From Thermofilum adornatum (GTDB lineage: Archaea; Thermoproteota; Thermoprotei; Thermofilales; Thermofilaceae): 32,000 bases of DNA. Under the pieces are notes generated by a model. The model was not told the origin of the DNA. It saw nothing but the letters and a program-made list of their open reading frames with translations, and ran no database searches. Both the position numbers and the translations under genes were made by a program. Of the stretch, positions 31,340 to 32,000 are shown piece after piece. Position 1 is the first letter of the stretch. Every line of letters begins with the position of its first letter. The stretch covers positions 870,001 through 902,000 of the forward strand of contig NC_022093.1 of NCBI RefSeq assembly GCF_000446015.1. Reading direction: 5' to 3'.

Positions 31340-32000
31340 AGGAAGTAATCCACGTTGACAGCCTAGAAGATATTGTCAAGGCAACAATTGATCAGCCAAG
31401 CATAGGGCTTGTATATGCACTTGGAGACAATTTCTACACGCTCGACTCATTATTTAGTTTCACCAGGAAGGGGCGTCGGGTAGTCCTCTTAGCCTCTAGA
31501 CCGGGACTCAACAGAGCCCTAAAGGAGCTCCTAAAGGACAGATATATCGTCGTCAAGAGAGAAATGAAGGCTGTAACCTATAGGAGTATCCTTCTATATT
31601 TCAACACAACTGGTCGAATACGTTTTTCCTTTTCCTTGCACAGGCTAGCAAGGTTCCCGGCGGTTGTTGTCGCTCCTAATACCTCTGTGAAAAAGACTAT
31701 CATGTTGATGCATGAAAACAACTCAATAGCTGTGGGCATAAGGGTTAGAGGAAAAATTTCCAAGGTTCTAACAATAGTTGATTTCCTCAACTATTCCCTC
31801 GAAAAAGGCTACTGTAACCGTGAAATTTTACTCGACGACACGCCTGTTTCTAGGGTTAGACCCATAGTCATCAGAGATACGAGAGACCTAGCGTCAAACA
31901 TCACAGATGCTCTGAAACGTTATGGTGCGGCACTAATCCAAGGAAACGAAGAATTCCTCATTGATGAATCTTCTCTTAGGAAGTACCTTATAGCAAGAAT
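31321..32000 (+). CDS. Hypothetical protein, partial (continues past window end)
   Basis: Not in the track (open at the edge). My translation from ATG 31321 (MDSEYLEEVIHVDSLEDIVKATIDQPSIGLVYALGDNFY...) has no stop through 32000. It overlaps the NFACT stop by 19 nt. No recognisable motif. Confidence 0.5.
   Translation, partial: MDSEYLEEVIHVDSLEDIVKATIDQPSIGLVYALGDNFYTLDSLFSFTRKGRRVVLLASRPGLNRALKELLKDRYIVVKREMKAVTYRSILLYFNTTGRIRFSFSLHRLARFPAVVVAPNTSVKKTIMLMHENNSIAVGIRVRGKISKVLTIVDFLNYSLEKGYCNREILLDDTPVSRVRPIVIRDTRDLASNITDALKRYGAALIQGNEEFLIDESSLRKYLIAR

Noticed and set aside
1-32000. CRISPR arrays, rRNA/tRNA genes, IS elements
   Set aside because: A visual scan found no regularly spaced direct repeats, no rRNA- or tRNA-like GC-rich structured segments in the intergenic gaps, and no transposase-like ORFs or terminal inverted repeats.

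Overview
Gene-dense archaeal chromosomal segment. By inference it comes from a hyperthermophilic crenarchaeon of the Desulfurococcales type: it carries archaeal-type SAM synthetase, ribosomal protein L13e, Rio2 kinase, RadA paralogs, a DUF460-like protein, geranylgeranyl reductase and a giant N-glycosylated S-layer-type protein. Many starts are GTG/TTG, and TATA boxes sit about 25-35 nt upstream of starts. No rRNA, tRNA, CRISPR array, transposase or integrase was seen. The main item lies at about 1.6-11.4 kb. Two divergent, translationally coupled operons encode a VirB2-like pilin candidate, a VirB6/CedA-like polytopic membrane protein and an 860-aa membrane glycoprotein. They also encode a TM protein followed by a VirB4/HerA-class ATPase (possibly a split VirB4/CedB), a ParA/TadZ-like ATPase, a coiled-coil protein, a VirB11/PilT-class secretion ATPase and a compact XPD-like Fe-S helicase. 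I read this as a chromosomal, conjugation-derived (Ced/Ted-class) DNA-transfer or pilus machine whose accessory gene set I do not recognise as described. Secondary items: a candidate C/D box sRNA at 21.52 kb; tandem paralogous coiled-coil proteins with SHOCT-like motifs and a 4-Cys head; a four-gene overlapping operon joining a RadA paralog, a P-loop-degenerate RecA-fold protein, an NFACT/Rqc2 homolog and an unknown ORF; a Rio2-DUF460 operon; and a VapBC-like pair. All functional calls come from reading motifs by eye. No database search was run.
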